Source: Rebecca billardiae RCC1528
Taxonomy: Eukaryota > Protista > Haptophyta
Length of the DNA stretch: 64,000 nt
Assembly (NCBI GenBank): GCA_965240325.2
Contig: OZ251235.1
Span: 186,001 to 250,000, forward strand
Direction: 5' to 3'
Shown here: positions 22,201 through 33,772 of the stretch, piece after piece
How the letters are laid out: every line of letters starts with the position of its first letter
Numbering within the stretch: the stretch's first letter is position 1
The notes under the pieces: model-generated
Database searches by the model: none
Told to the model about the DNA's origin: nothing
What the model saw: the letters and a program-made list of their open reading frames with translations, nothing else
Translations under genes and position numbers: made by a program

Positions 22201-23919
22201 ATCTTGCCCTTGCCCTTGGCGACCACCTGCGCGCGCGAAGGCGCGGCGGCGGCGGCGCGGCGGCGGCGGCGACGGCGGCGGCGGCGACGGCGCGGCGCGG
22301 TCGGCGCGGCGAGTGAGCGCGCGCGCGGCCCCGCCCCGAGCGCCGCGCGCGCTCCGCCCGCCGCGGCGGCCCCGCTCCCGGCGCCGGTCGGCCCAGCCAG
22401 CTCGGCGCGCGGCGCGCCCTCGCCCTCGCGTGCGCGTGCGCCACGCTTCGCCCCGCCGTCGGCGGCGCTGCCGCGCGCACCTCTCTCCGCTCGAAGTCGA
22501 GGCCCTCCGCCTCCGCGTCGCGGCCGCTGCCGAGCAGCAGCGCGTGCGTGGACGCGCTGATCTGCACGCGCCCGCGCTCGCCCTTGGCCTGGCAGCGCGC
22601 CGCGGTGTTCACCGTGTCGCCGAAGAGGCAGAACTGCGGCTTGCTCGTGCCCACCACGCCGGCGAGCACGGCCCCCGAGTGCACGCCCACCCGCACCACG
22701 ATCTGCCGCCCAGACTCCGTCCGCACAGTCGCGGCGGCGCGCACGAGGGCGAGCCCCATCCGCACCGCGTCCCACGCGTGCTGCCCGTCGGTGCGCGCGC
22801 TGCACGGCGGCGCGCGCTCGGCGGCGGCCGCGCAGGCGCACGCGGACGTACTGCCGCCGGGCGAGCCCGCCGCGCCGCCGCCGCCGCCGCCGCCGCCGCC
22901 AACGCCGTCCGCCCCGCCGCCCGGCTCGGCGGGCGCGCCGCCGGCCTTGGCGCCGACGCCCAGCCCGGCGGCGGCCATGTACGTGTACCCCACGGTCTCC
23001 ATCTTGGTCACGCCGAGCTCGTCGGAGATCTGGTCCATGCGCGAGTACACGCGGTCGAGCAGCTGCAGCAGCGCGGCGGGCGCGTGCTCCTTCACGATCT
23101 GCTTGAAGTCCTGGATGTCGCAGAAGAGCACGGAGACGCTCGGCTCGTCCGCGGCGATCACGCGCGCGCCCGCGCGCCGCAGCGTGTTCACGTGCGCGGG
23201 CAGCATGTTGTCGAGGATGCGCTCGTTGTGCCGCTTCGAGGCGTGGAGCCGCTGCTGCAGGGTGAAGTCGCGCCGGTCGCGCCGCTCCACGCGCCGCGCG
23301 ACCGCGCTCGCCGCGCAGAAGATGCACAGCCAGAAGAGCGACAGCAGAGGGTCGACGGCCGCGCCGCGCCGCGCGCGCTCGACGAGCGCGTAAGCGGGGT
23401 GGTGCAGAGCTGCGATGGGCAGGGCCACCGCCCAGCGCATCGGCGTGACGGCGTGCACCGCGACGGGGAAGGCGAGCATCACAAGCGCGCGCGAGGACGA
23501 CGCGCCGCACAGCGCGCCGTACCCGATCAGCACCGACGCCGCCGCCGTCACCCGCTCGAGCGCCGCGCGGCGCGCGAGCCGCAGCCAGCCAAGGGCTCCC
23601 ACGCTCACGCCCAGAAGCGCGAGCTGCGCGGCCGCGTCGGCGCGCGCGTCGGCGGGCGCGGCGCGCGCCCACGGGCCGGCGCGCCCCGCGGCGGCGGCGG
23701 CGAGCACGTGCACGCCGAGCACCGCGCACAGCGCGCCCAGCGCCAGCGCGCTCAGCCCCACGTACCGGCTGGCGAGCGTCTCGACGAACGCCGCCTCGAT
23801 GGCGCCGTCCGTGAAGGCAAGCGTGAGGCGGTGCGTGCGCCACTGCGCAGAGTGCAGCGCGGAGCGCGGCTGGCTCGGCGCGGCCGCGCCGGAGGGCGCA
23901 CCGTGCCGCGCCTCGCCGT

Positions 23920-23985
<66 letters not shown>

Positions 23986-26900
23986 GCGCGCGCGCGCGCG
24001 CGGCGCTGAGCGCGCGCACGCACGCGGCGGCGGCGGCGCCGAGCGGCGCGTGCGGGGGCGCGGTGAGCGGGTTGCGCTCGGCGTCGCCGGCCGCCACGTC
24101 CTGCTGCTCGCGCATCACGGCGAGCATGGAGTCCTCGAAGGTGAGCTGCGCCTTGCGCTGCAGCAGGCTGGTGAGCGTGAGCTGCCGCAGCTCCGCCGGC
24201 CCCGCCGCCGCCTCGCCGTGCGTGGCCAGAGCCAGCGTTTGCTCCAGCACAGCCCACCGGCTGTCAGGGTCGCCTCCCAGCGCCTCGGCAAAGCCGGTGC
24301 CGGCGCGGTGCGCGGAGGGCGAGGGGAGGGCGTCGGAGGCGGTGGGCGCGCACGCGGAGCCGCCGCGCGCGCACGCCGCCGAGCCGCCCGCCGCCGCCGC
24401 CTCCGCCGCCGCGTCGCTCAGCGCGAACGATCTGCGCAGCAGCCGCGGCGGCGGCAGCGGCGAGCGCGCAGGCGAGCGCGCGCCGAGCGCGCCGCCCACC
24501 CAGATCGGGAGCTCGGCGAGCTCGGAGCCGAGCGCGCCGAAGCGCGGCCGCGCGAGGCGCTCGCGCCGCGCGGGCGTGCTCGGCGGCTCGAAGCGCGGCG
24601 CCGGCCCATGCTCGCCGCCCTCGGCGCCGCGCCCCGCCTCCGCCTCCCAGCCGCCGCGCTCGGCGGCCGCGAGCGACGCCGCGTGCCGCGCGTGCGCGTC
24701 CGCGCGCGCGCCGCGGCCGTGGCGCGCGGCGTCGGCGCCGGAGCCGGCGGAGGGCGAGCGCGCGAGCGCGGGCGAGAAGGGCGGGCGCGGCGGCGGCTGC
24801 ACGCGCACGCGCAGCGCGGGCGAGGGCGAGACCGTCGGCGGCTGCGAGAACGTGAGCACGCCGGTGCTGCGCCGCGAGCGCGCGCCGACGGTGGCCGCAG
24901 CCTCGCTCGCCGCCGCCGCGGCGACCGCCGCGCCCGCGGGCGCGTCGGGCCCCGCCGCGTCGCCGTAGCCGCGGTCGAGCTCCATCAGGATGTCCCGCGT
25001 CGTCGGCCAGTAGTTGGCGCGCACGTACATCGCCGCCACGTCGGGCAGCAGCGCGAGCGTGGGCGCGAGCAGCAGCTGCAGCCAGAAGGCGGGCAGCGCG
25101 AGCGCGCGCCCGCCCACGCCTTCAAACGCGCCGAGCCCGGGGCCGAGCGTGGGCGCGAGGCAGGAGTAGCCGAGGAGGAAGAGGAGCCACGCGAGCAGCG
25201 AGAGGCCGACCGCCGCCCAGTTGAGCACCGTCCACCGCGCCGTGTGCAGCGCCAGCTTGAGCGTCACCGCGCACACCAGCGTCGCGTGCAGCGCGACCGA
25301 GCGCACGCGCGCGTCCAGCGCCAGCCCGTCATCTGAGAAGGAGCCGAGCGCGCCCGCGCCCGCACAGTAGAGCGCCGAGGCGTGCACCACCGCGTCGACG
25401 AGCCAGAGCAGCATCACGCCGGGGTGCAGCCCGTCGTCGCGCGCGCCCGCGCGGTACAGCTGCGGGCACGCGAGCGCGATGCCGGGCGACACGTCCGCGT
25501 CGCACACGCCGTGCGCGATCACGGGCAGGAAGGTGAAGGCGACGTTGAAGACGGCCATCAGCCAGCCGTCGAAGAGCGCCGCGCCCGAGAAGGCGGAGTG
25601 GCCGCCGTACGCGAAGAGCAGCAGCACCATCGCGATGTTCTTGTAGAACGAGTAGAGCACCGCCGTGCACACGCGCCGGTAGTTGGTGCGGCCGTGCACG
25701 AGCAGCAGCCGCGCGAGCAGCCTGAACTGCGCGAGTGCGTAGTCGGCCGCGCGCGCCGCCTGCGTCCCCTCCGCGCCGCACAGGCCCACGCCCACGTCCG
25801 CCTCCTGGATCATCGACACGTCGTTCGCGCCGTCGCCGATCGCGAGCGTGAGCGGCGTGGGGCGCACGTGCACGCGCACCAGCCGCACCGCCATCGCCTT
25901 GAGCAGCGGCGACGCGCGGCACACCACAACCGACGAGCACTCGGCGCAGATCCGCATCAGCTTGCGCTGCAGCGAGACGTGGGCAAACACGACGCGCAGC
26001 GAGCGGCCGTCGATCACGAGCCCGCACGACTCGGGGCGCCAGCGCACCGCGCTCAGGTGGTGCTCGAGCTCGTCGAGCCGCGCGTCGACCACGCCGGCGA
26101 GCAAGCTGTCGTCCGCGTCGGCACCGTCCGCGCCGCCGCCGCCGCCGCCGCCGCCCACGGCCGCGGCCGCGCCGGCGTCGGCGGCCGCGCCGGCCGCGGC
26201 CGCGGCCGCGCCATGCCGGAAGAGTGCTGACGCGTGGCGCGTGGCGATGGTGAGGAGCGGGTGGCCGTGGCGCAGCAGCCCGGCCGCGGTCGCAATGTTG
26301 ATCGCCGTCTCCATCTTGTCGCCCGTCAGCATCCACACGCGCAGCCCCGCGCGCTGCAGCGCGGACACCGCGTGCGGCACCCCGGGCTGCAGCCTGTCCT
26401 CGATGGCCGAGATGCCGACCAGCCGCAGGCCGCGCTCCAGCCGCGCGGCCGCCTCGTCCAGACGCTCGGCGCGCCGCTCGGAGGCGACGCTCGCCGCGTC
26501 GAACTCAGCCAGCCACGCGGTCGCCGCCGCCTCGTCCAGCTCGCCGATGGCGAGGACGAGCGTGCGCAGCCCGGCCGACGCGAACGCGCGGAGGTGCTCG
26601 AGGGAGGGCGCGTGCATTGCCACGCCCGCCACGCGCGGCGTGCGCGGCGGCGCGGCGGCGCGCGGCGTGCGCGGCGGCTCGCGCGCGCGCGGCGTGCGCG
26701 GCGCGGCGTCGCCCGCCTCGGCTGCCGCGCGCCACGCCTCGTCCGCCGCCGCCGCCGCCGCCGCTGTCGCGCCCACGCCGCCGCCCCACCGCGCGCCGCC
26801 CGCCGGCACCTCGGGCGCGTGCGGCGCGGTGCAGACCGCCTCCAGCATCACGTCGTCAGCGCCCTTGCAGCAGACCAGGTAGCGGCACCCGCGCCCGCGG

Positions 26901-29498
26901 CCGCGCGCGCCGCCCGCGCTCGCGGCCGCGTCGTCGGCGCCGTCGGCGCCGTCGACCAGCTCGCGCAGCAGCACGCTCATCCGCTTGCGCGACACCCTGA
27001 ACTCGTTGAGCGCGAGCACGGCGTACCGCCGCACCGCGCCGCGCACGCGCAGAGTGATGGTGTCGTGTGTGCGCCCCACACACACCCAGCCCGCGCGCGC
27101 CGCGCCGCGCAACAGAGCGCCCTCGTCGGGCGAGGATGCTCGGAACTCAATCTCGGGCTCCGGAGGCGCGCCCGGCGGCGGCGGCGCGGCGGAGGCGAGG
27201 GAGCCGCCGCCTTCGCCGCCACCGCCGCCGTCCGCGCCGCCCGCGCCGCCTTGGCCGCCGAGCGCGCGCACGGCCGGCACGGCCGAGTGGCAAGCGCACG
27301 CGACCACGAAGAAGGCGTCGATCTGCGCGGCGCGCGCGCCGCCGCGCTCGTAGTCGTCGAGCAGCGCGGTCGGGTCGAAGGTGGTGGGCGCGGGCTCCGC
27401 CGCCTCCTCCTCCTCCGCCGCCGCCGCGAGCGCCGCCTCGCCGCTCGCCTCCGCAGACCCCGCGCGCGAGCCGCCGCCGCCGCCGCGGGCGCGAGGGCCG
27501 GCGCACGCGGCGCGCCGCTCGTCGAAGCTCGGCTCGGAGGCGCGGCCCGCGCCGAGCGCGGGCGACGGGAAGGGCGGCGGCCGCGTCGCGCTCGCTGCCG
27601 CGACCGCGGCCATCCGCGCCGCCGCGCCGCCGCGCGCCGCGCCGGCCGCCTCGGCCACGCCGGCCGCGCCGGCCGCGCCCTCCGCGCCCTCCGCGCGGTG
27701 CGGCGCGCAGCAGCCGCGCGCGCCCTCGGCCGCCGCGCTGTCCTCGTCCGCCTCGTCATCTCCGTCGTCGTCGTCCGGGGCGCTGAGCTGGATGTGCGGC
27801 GGCGCGAGCAGCCGCGCGCGGTCGGCGCTCGCGCGCCGGCGCCGCTCGAGCATCGCGCGCAGACCGCCGCCGCCGCCGCCGCCCTCGCCGCCCTCTCGCG
27901 CGGCCGCGGCCGCGCGGCCGCGGCGCGCGGCGCGCGCGCGGCCGCCCGGCGTGCGCTGCTGCTGCTGCTGCTGCTGCTGCTGCCGCTGCTGCTGCTGCTG
28001 CTGCTGCGTCGGCCACTCGGCCTCGCGCGCGCGCGCGGCGGCGGCGGTCAGGCCGGCCAGGCCGAGGTGCGGCGAGGGCACGGGCGCGTCGGCGCCGGGC
28101 GGCGCGCCGTACACCACGCCGTCGATCGAGCAGCGCGCCAGCACCATCTCGTTGCGCGTGAGCGTGCCCGTCTTGTCCGCGAACACATACGACACCTGGC
28201 CGAGGTCCTCGTGCACGTTCGAGGTGCGGCACGTGGCGGGCGCGTCGTGCTTCGCGGAGTAGAGGTGGAGGTCGTCCTCGATGTACCGGCTCATCACGAG
28301 CTTGATCAGCTCCACCGTCACGTACAGCGAGATCGGCACCAGGTTGTTGAACAGGATCCAGAACGAGACGAGCAGCGTCCACGAGGGCGAGCCGTCCGCG
28401 GCCGCGCCGCCGTCGTCCACCGCGCGAGCGCCGCCGCCGCCGCCGGGGCTGGCGCGCGCGCCCGCGCGGGGCGCGCCGCCGAGCAGGTACCAGTGCGCGC
28501 TCGGCGGCTGCCCGTGCGCGCGCGCCGCCATGAACGAGAGCACCCACGCCAGCAGGCACAGCACCAGCAGGCACGCAAACACGAGCAGGACGGTGCGGTC
28601 GATCATGCGCTCAACGTTGGAGCGCTTGGACGGCGTGCCCACCGAGTTGCGCATGCAGCGGAGGTCGGGGCCGGTGTACAGGACGAGGGCGAGGACGGAG
28701 CGCGTGTGCCGCAGCACCGAGCCGCGCAGCAGCACGTGCGACATCGAGAACGGCGCGCGCGCCGAGCCCGCCTCCGCCTCGCCGCCGCCGTCGCACGCGC
28801 ACACGCTCCCGACCAGCGCGTCCAGCCGGTTCGAAGGCGGCTCATACTCGCACCGCAGCCGCGCGCGGCCGAGCTGGGCGAGGGTGAGCGGCGCGGGCGG
28901 GCGGGCGTCGCGCTGGACGAGGGCGGGCAGCCGCGTCTTGAGCGACGACTCGCCGTCCAGCCCCGACGTCTCCACGTAGCAGTGCGCGCTGCCGCCGCCC
29001 TCCTCCCCCTGCGCCCACAGCAGCAGGCAGTCGGCCGGGATCAGCTCAGCGTCCAGCACGCGCACGACGTCGCCCACGCGGAGCTCCGCCCACGGCACGG
29101 TGCGGCTCGCGCCGCCGTGCTCCAGGTCGTCCGCGGGCTCGACCACGCACGCCGGCCGCGCGTTGTCCCGCCGGTCCGAGCGGCGGCGCTGCAGGTCCTC
29201 GAAGAGCTCGCGCACCGCGTTGATCAGCACGACAACCAGCAGCGGGCCGAGCGTGTTCCAGCGGCCCGTGGGCGAGAGCGAGGTGGTGGCCTGGACGAGG
29301 CCGACGCACAGGAAGTAGATGTTCGCCACGCGGCGGAACTGCTCGAACAGGTTCTTCGGCACAAAGTTCCACGCCGTGTACTTGGCGGTCGAGGTGCGGT
29401 TGGACGCGCCGCGCGCCGCACGCGCGGCGTTCAGCCGCGGGTTGTGCGAGAACGCGACCTGAGAGCGGGGTTGGTGGGGAGAGGGAGGGGCCGGGGAA

Positions 29499-29538
<40 letters not shown>

Positions 29539-29689
29539 GGGGGGCATGCGCGCACACGGTGAGGCGCGTGGGGCCAACGCTCGCCAGGCCACGCGCGCGG
29601 GGCGCGCACCCGGGGTGTGGCGGCCATGGATCGACACCCATCGATCGGCCTGACTTGCGAAATTCATCGAAGCTGAACTCGGAATTCAT
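19228..29689 (-). CDS. Bifunctional P4-ATPase (lipid flippase)-guanylyl cyclase chimera, ~3300 aa; predicted introns 29459-29557, 22227-22480, 20424-20523, 20205-20319
   Basis: P4 motifs TAKYTAWNFVPKNLFEQFRRVAN, LDGES, NNLVPISLYV, DKTGTLT, SSPDEGAL, CKGAD, WMLTGDK, GDGANDVSMIQEA and SFYKN. Then a TM block, cyclase C1 (VLFCDI, KMETVG, PQFCLFGDTVNTAAR, KGKGKMVTY), a second TM block, and cyclase C2 (YSDIVGFT, KVQTIGDAY, RYDVFG). Exon phases join to a continuous 9894-nt frame. Confidence 0.88.
29499..29537 (+). repeat. Poly-G homopolymer (~39 nt) within predicted intron 1 of the flippase-cyclase gene
   Basis: Seen directly; length may be imprecise in the assembly. Confidence 0.9.
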
Positions 29690-29885
29690 GCTGCGCAATA
29701 AACGCGACGCGATTACGACGAAGCCAACCGTCATTTCGTCGCGCGCGTCGCGGCGGCGTCCACCGGTCGCGAGCGAGCTCGCGGCAGGGCGGGTGCGCAG
29801 GCTGGCGTGGCACGCGGGCGCGTGCGCGGCCAGTATTATTAGCGGGCTCAGTCAAGCGGGCGCGCGCTGCTTCCGGTGCTTGAAC

Positions 29886-30440
29886 ATGCCAGCGCGCTCG
29901 CGCACGCTTCTGGCCGCGCTGCTCGTGGCGTGCGCCGGCCGGACGGCCATCGGGTTCTCCCGCCCGGTCGTCGCAGGCCCATGCCGCGCAGCCGCCGCGC
30001 TTCCGGCGCGCAGGCGGCCGCCCGTGCACAGCGCGGCGATGAGCAGCGCCATCTTTGGCTGGTTTGACGCGCTCTTCGGCTCCGGAACGAAGGACACGAG
30101 CCAACCGCCGAAGGCCAAGGCGGTGTCGCGGCTCAACGTGATGCTCGCGTCAGACCGCGCCGCCCTCGACCAGGAGACCCTCTTCAAGATCCGTGAGGGC
30201 ATCATCGAGCTCGTGCAGAAGTACGTCGAGATCCAGCCGGACGACGTCATCCTCAACGTCGCGACCGAGGAGCGCAAGTCGATCCTCACCGCGAGCCTGG
30301 CGATCAAGGGGCGGAGGGTGCCGATGACCACCCTCGAGCTCGTCGCGGAGACGCCGGAGGAGGCAGAGACACCCGTCGCCGTGGGCGCAAATGGGAACAC
30401 GCCGCTGCCGCCGCCGCCGCCGCCGCAACAGCTGCCATAG
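29886..30440 (+). CDS. minE: Nucleus-encoded plastid division topological specificity factor MinE with bipartite targeting presequence
   Basis: Signal peptide MPARSRTLLAALLVACAGRTAIG-F, then a basic/Ala transit region. MinE core KAKAVSRLNVMLASDR...IREGIIELVQKYVEI...ILTASLAIK. Confidence 0.82.
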   Translation: MPARSRTLLAALLVACAGRTAIGFSRPVVAGPCRAAAALPARRRPPVHSAAMSSAIFGWFDALFGSGTKDTSQPPKAKAVSRLNVMLASDRAALDQETLFKIREGIIELVQKYVEIQPDDVILNVATEERKSILTASLAIKGRRVPMTTLELVAETPEEAETPVAVGANGNTPLPPPPPPQQLP

Positions 30441-31594
30441 GCCGCCCGGTGCGCGTGCCCGCCGACTCACCTTTGTCGCGCGGGCCGGTGCGCCGGCCGA
30501 CGGCAGGAAATCCGGCGCTGGGCTCCCGACGCCACCTGGCCAGCCATGCCGATGCCTCGCTCTCTTCTTTTGTGCGCGCCTTCTCGCGGGTCGAGCGGCC
30601 CGCTTCCGTACCCGACCAACAGGACTGCCGGGGGCGGCTCACGGTCTCGAGTCTGTGCGTCCGCTAGTCATCGGCTTCAACGAATCACGTGGGATGGATC
30701 GGCCTCGTATGCATGGAGTCTGCAGCCTCGCCCGAGTATGCGGCGCCCGGGTTGGGCGCGCGGGCTGCGACCGGCGGCGGCCGGGTGCCTTGGCCGCTCA
30801 CGTCCGGGACCGTGCCCCGGGCAGCGCGCCCCTCGGGCCCTGCGGGACTCCTGCCTCCTGGCTGGCGCCTGGCTGGCGCAGCGAGTGACATCATCCTCTG
30901 CATTGCCGAGTACATTGTCGCAGTATCGCGCGCCGGGTGATTACACGACACGCGCACTCCGTGTCTCGTGCCCGCCACCGAGGCGGCACCCCGCCGGCGG
31001 CGGTCTCGCGACGAATTCACTGCATCCGTAGCTTGCAAGCCGAGCGCCTCAGACAGCGGCATCGCTTGCAGTCAATCGACGGTACCAGTAGCTACGACTA
31101 TTGTACCTACGATCATACCATCAATTAACTTCATCTGACGCTGGATGGCAGCGGAGCCATGTGCTGAGTGTCAGTGTGCTCCGTTGGTGCCCCGGCCATT
31201 TTGAAAAGTGAAAAGTCCCGGACGCACGCAGTGTCGTCGTCGTCGTCGTGGTCGTCAACGGCCGCAAGCTGTGAAAGCGCCAAGCTCAGAAACGCGGTGT
31301 GCGCAAGGGTGGTCAGGGTCGCCGACTCCGGGGAACTTACAGTCAGACCGTCTGAATCGGCCCCCTCGCTCAGACCGGTCTGAGCGAGGGCCAGATTCAG
31401 ACGGTTTTTGGGCCCGCCCCACTGGCGAGCGCGCTGCGGGACGCGCCTCGCACTGGGGGCGGTGCACACTACACTCACGGCGCGCCGCGATGTGTTCGGG
31501 CGGTGGATGGGGCTGAATAGCGCCCGCCCCCACGCGGACGCTGACTCAAGCCGCACCCTGCCCCGGCGCGGCGATCCAACGCCGAGGGAGGGCG

Positions 31595-32031
31595 GGCGGG
31601 AGGCGGAGGAGCGCAGCTGGTTGTCCGTGCGGCTGCTCGGCGCCAAGCGTGGCCCGTCGGCTGGGTTTGGTAGTCGGGCGGCGGTCCGGTCGGCGGTCGG
31701 GCAGGGCGAGGTGCGCCGTGCGGTCGGGCGGGAAAGCGGACGGCTGCTGGGCGAAACTCGCTCCTGTTCGCCAAAGCCGGTCACTGCCCGTCAACTCCCG
31801 GCGCGCGCTCACTTTTCTGCGGTCCGCGCCAAAAGCGAGCTGCCACACGCTCGGAACGCTGTCCGGGGGCGCGCTGCGAGCTCCGAGCTCCGAGCCCGTC
31901 CGGGCGGGGGTGCGGTCGGAGGGGCGCTGGAGGAGGGTATCGGGCGGCGGCGAAGCGGCGCCGGCAGTCATAACGCGATAACCGCCGCAGACTGCCAAAC
32001 CCGCCACTCCCGTCGCGTCGGCCATCGCCCC
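31595..32031. repeat. 437-bp direct repeat of the YR retrotransposon (3' copy; 5' copy at 37772-38208)
   Basis: Matches with a constant offset of 6177 nt from GGCGGGAGGCGGAGG to GCCATCGCCCC. Confidence 0.9.
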
Positions 32032-32299
32032 ATAACCGCGCGCGTCGCGCTCCGCCTTATGGCGGTCCGGTGTTTACGTTGGGCGGCTGCCTAGCTTGCC
32101 TGGGGCCGCCAGACGTCACGGGGGGCCGGGCGGCGAGACAGCGCCCGCCCACAGGGGCGCAGCGCCAGGCGCCACGCCGGCATGGGCGGCGTCGGCCGGC
32201 GCGGTCGAGGCCAGGCCCGGCCCCGACCCCCAGAGATGCTGCGCCCGGCCACGCCCCGACGCACGCCGTCAGCGCCAAGCGCGTGCCGTCGGGCGGGGC

Positions 32300-33728
32300 A
32301 GCTCCCGGGAAGTACGTGCGGGGCGCAGGCCCCGCCCACCGCCCCGCAGCGGTGATCTCGGCCGCGGGAAGCCCCAGGAACGGCCAGCGTCGCCACGGCC
32401 GAGCGTCGAACCGAGTTGGCGCCAACACACGTTGTGGGAGCCCCAGCGCCCGACACTCATCGTGCAGCCACGCCAGATACGCCGCGCGAAAGCCTCGCAC
32501 GCGCGCCAACCCGCCCGGTGTCGGCCGTCGACGGCGGGCAGCACCCCGAGCTCCGCGAAGCGACGTCCAGCCAGCGTGCGTAGCCCTGAATCGCCATGCG
32601 CCCCTTGGACCTTGGACGCGAAGGGCGAAGCGCCGAAGCCCGCTGTCCGGCTGTGGCAAACCGCCGGGCCGCCTGCGCTGTGGGAGCGATGGCGGCCGGT
32701 GGAAGCGGCGGGGAGTAGGCGACGCACGCCGCGCGAACGAGGACGGTCGCGCGGCACGCGAGCGACGGCGGACGCGCCGCGGATGATCGGCGCGCACGCA
32801 TGACGATCGGCGCATGATGATCGGCGCGCGCGCATGATCGGCGCATGATGATCGGCGCGCGCGCATGATGATCGGCGCGCGCGCATGATGATCGGCGCGC
32901 GCGCATGATGATCGGCGCATGATGATCGGCGCGGGCGCATGATCGGCGCATGATCGGCGCATGATGATCGGCGCGCGCGCGTGATCGGCGCATGATGATC
33001 GGCGCGGGCGCATGATCGGCGCATGATCGGCGCGTGATGATCGGCGCGCGCGCATGATCGGCGCATGATCGGCGCATGATGATCGGCGCGGGCGCATGAT
33101 CGGCGCATGATCGGCGCATGATCGGCGCATGATCGGCGCATGATCGGCGCATGATGATCGGCGCGCGCGCATGATCGGCGCATGATGATCGGCGCGGGCG
33201 CATGATCGGCGCATGATCGGCGCATGATCGGCGCATGATGATCGGCGCGCGCGCATGATCGGCGCATGATCGGCGCGGGCGCATGATCGGCGCATGATCG
33301 GCGCATGATCGGCGCATGATCGGCGCATGATCGGCGCATGATGATCGGCGCGCGCGCATGATCGGCGCATGATGATCGGCGCGCGCGCATGATGATCGGC
33401 GCATGACGATCGGCGCGCGCGCATGATCGGCGCAAGATGACCGGCGCGCGCGCATGATGATCGGCGCGCGCGCATGATGATCGGCGTGCGCGCGTGATGA
33501 TCGGCGCGCGCGCATGATGCTCGGCGCATGTTGACCGGCGCGCGCGCATGATGAGCGGCGCGGACGGTGGCGCGCGGCGCCGCCACCCGCCGCCGCGGCG
33601 TCGAAGGCAGCAGCAGCGAACGCCGATGGTTCTTGGCTGGGCCAGGCGAGCATGCCGGGGGCACGCAGCAGGCGTGCACGATCGGCACTAGCAGGGTCAA
33701 GGGGCAGGTCGGCCGGCTGAGTCAGCAC
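32300..33728 (-). pseudogene. Decayed tyrosine recombinase of the retrotransposon (frameshifted, satellite-interrupted)
   Basis: Motif fragments in different frames: RSKGRMAIQG...GCCP (cf. KSKTD..G..CP), NSVRRSAVATLA (cf. HSLRRGGAT) and GLPAAEITAAGRWAGPAPRTY (GRW..Y). Confidence 0.65.
32782..33553. repeat. Minisatellite of ATGATCGGCGC-type units (11-20 nt variants)
   Basis: Seen directly: mixtures of ATGATCGGCGC, ATGATGATCGGCGC and ...GGCGCGCGCGC/GGCGCGGGCGC. Confidence 0.95.
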
Positions 33729-33772
33729 TGCTGACCCGCCCCGCTGGCTGCTGAGCGGCGGCGACCGGGCGT

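Noticed and set aside
22313-29653. Very long plus-strand ORFs (1007 aa, 1139 aa) antisense to the flippase-cyclase
   Set aside because: Shadow ORFs caused by extreme GC3; Arg/Ala-rich with no motifs. The same applies to most overlapping ORFs in the track.
32782-33553. Possible CRISPR array or telomere repeat
   Set aside because: No unique spacers, irregular unit lengths, eukaryotic context, and not a TTAGGG-type unit.
32057-33728. Long 'CADHAPIMRRS' repeat proteins in the ORF track
   Set aside because: Translations of the minisatellite, open in all three frames; not evidence of a repeat protein.
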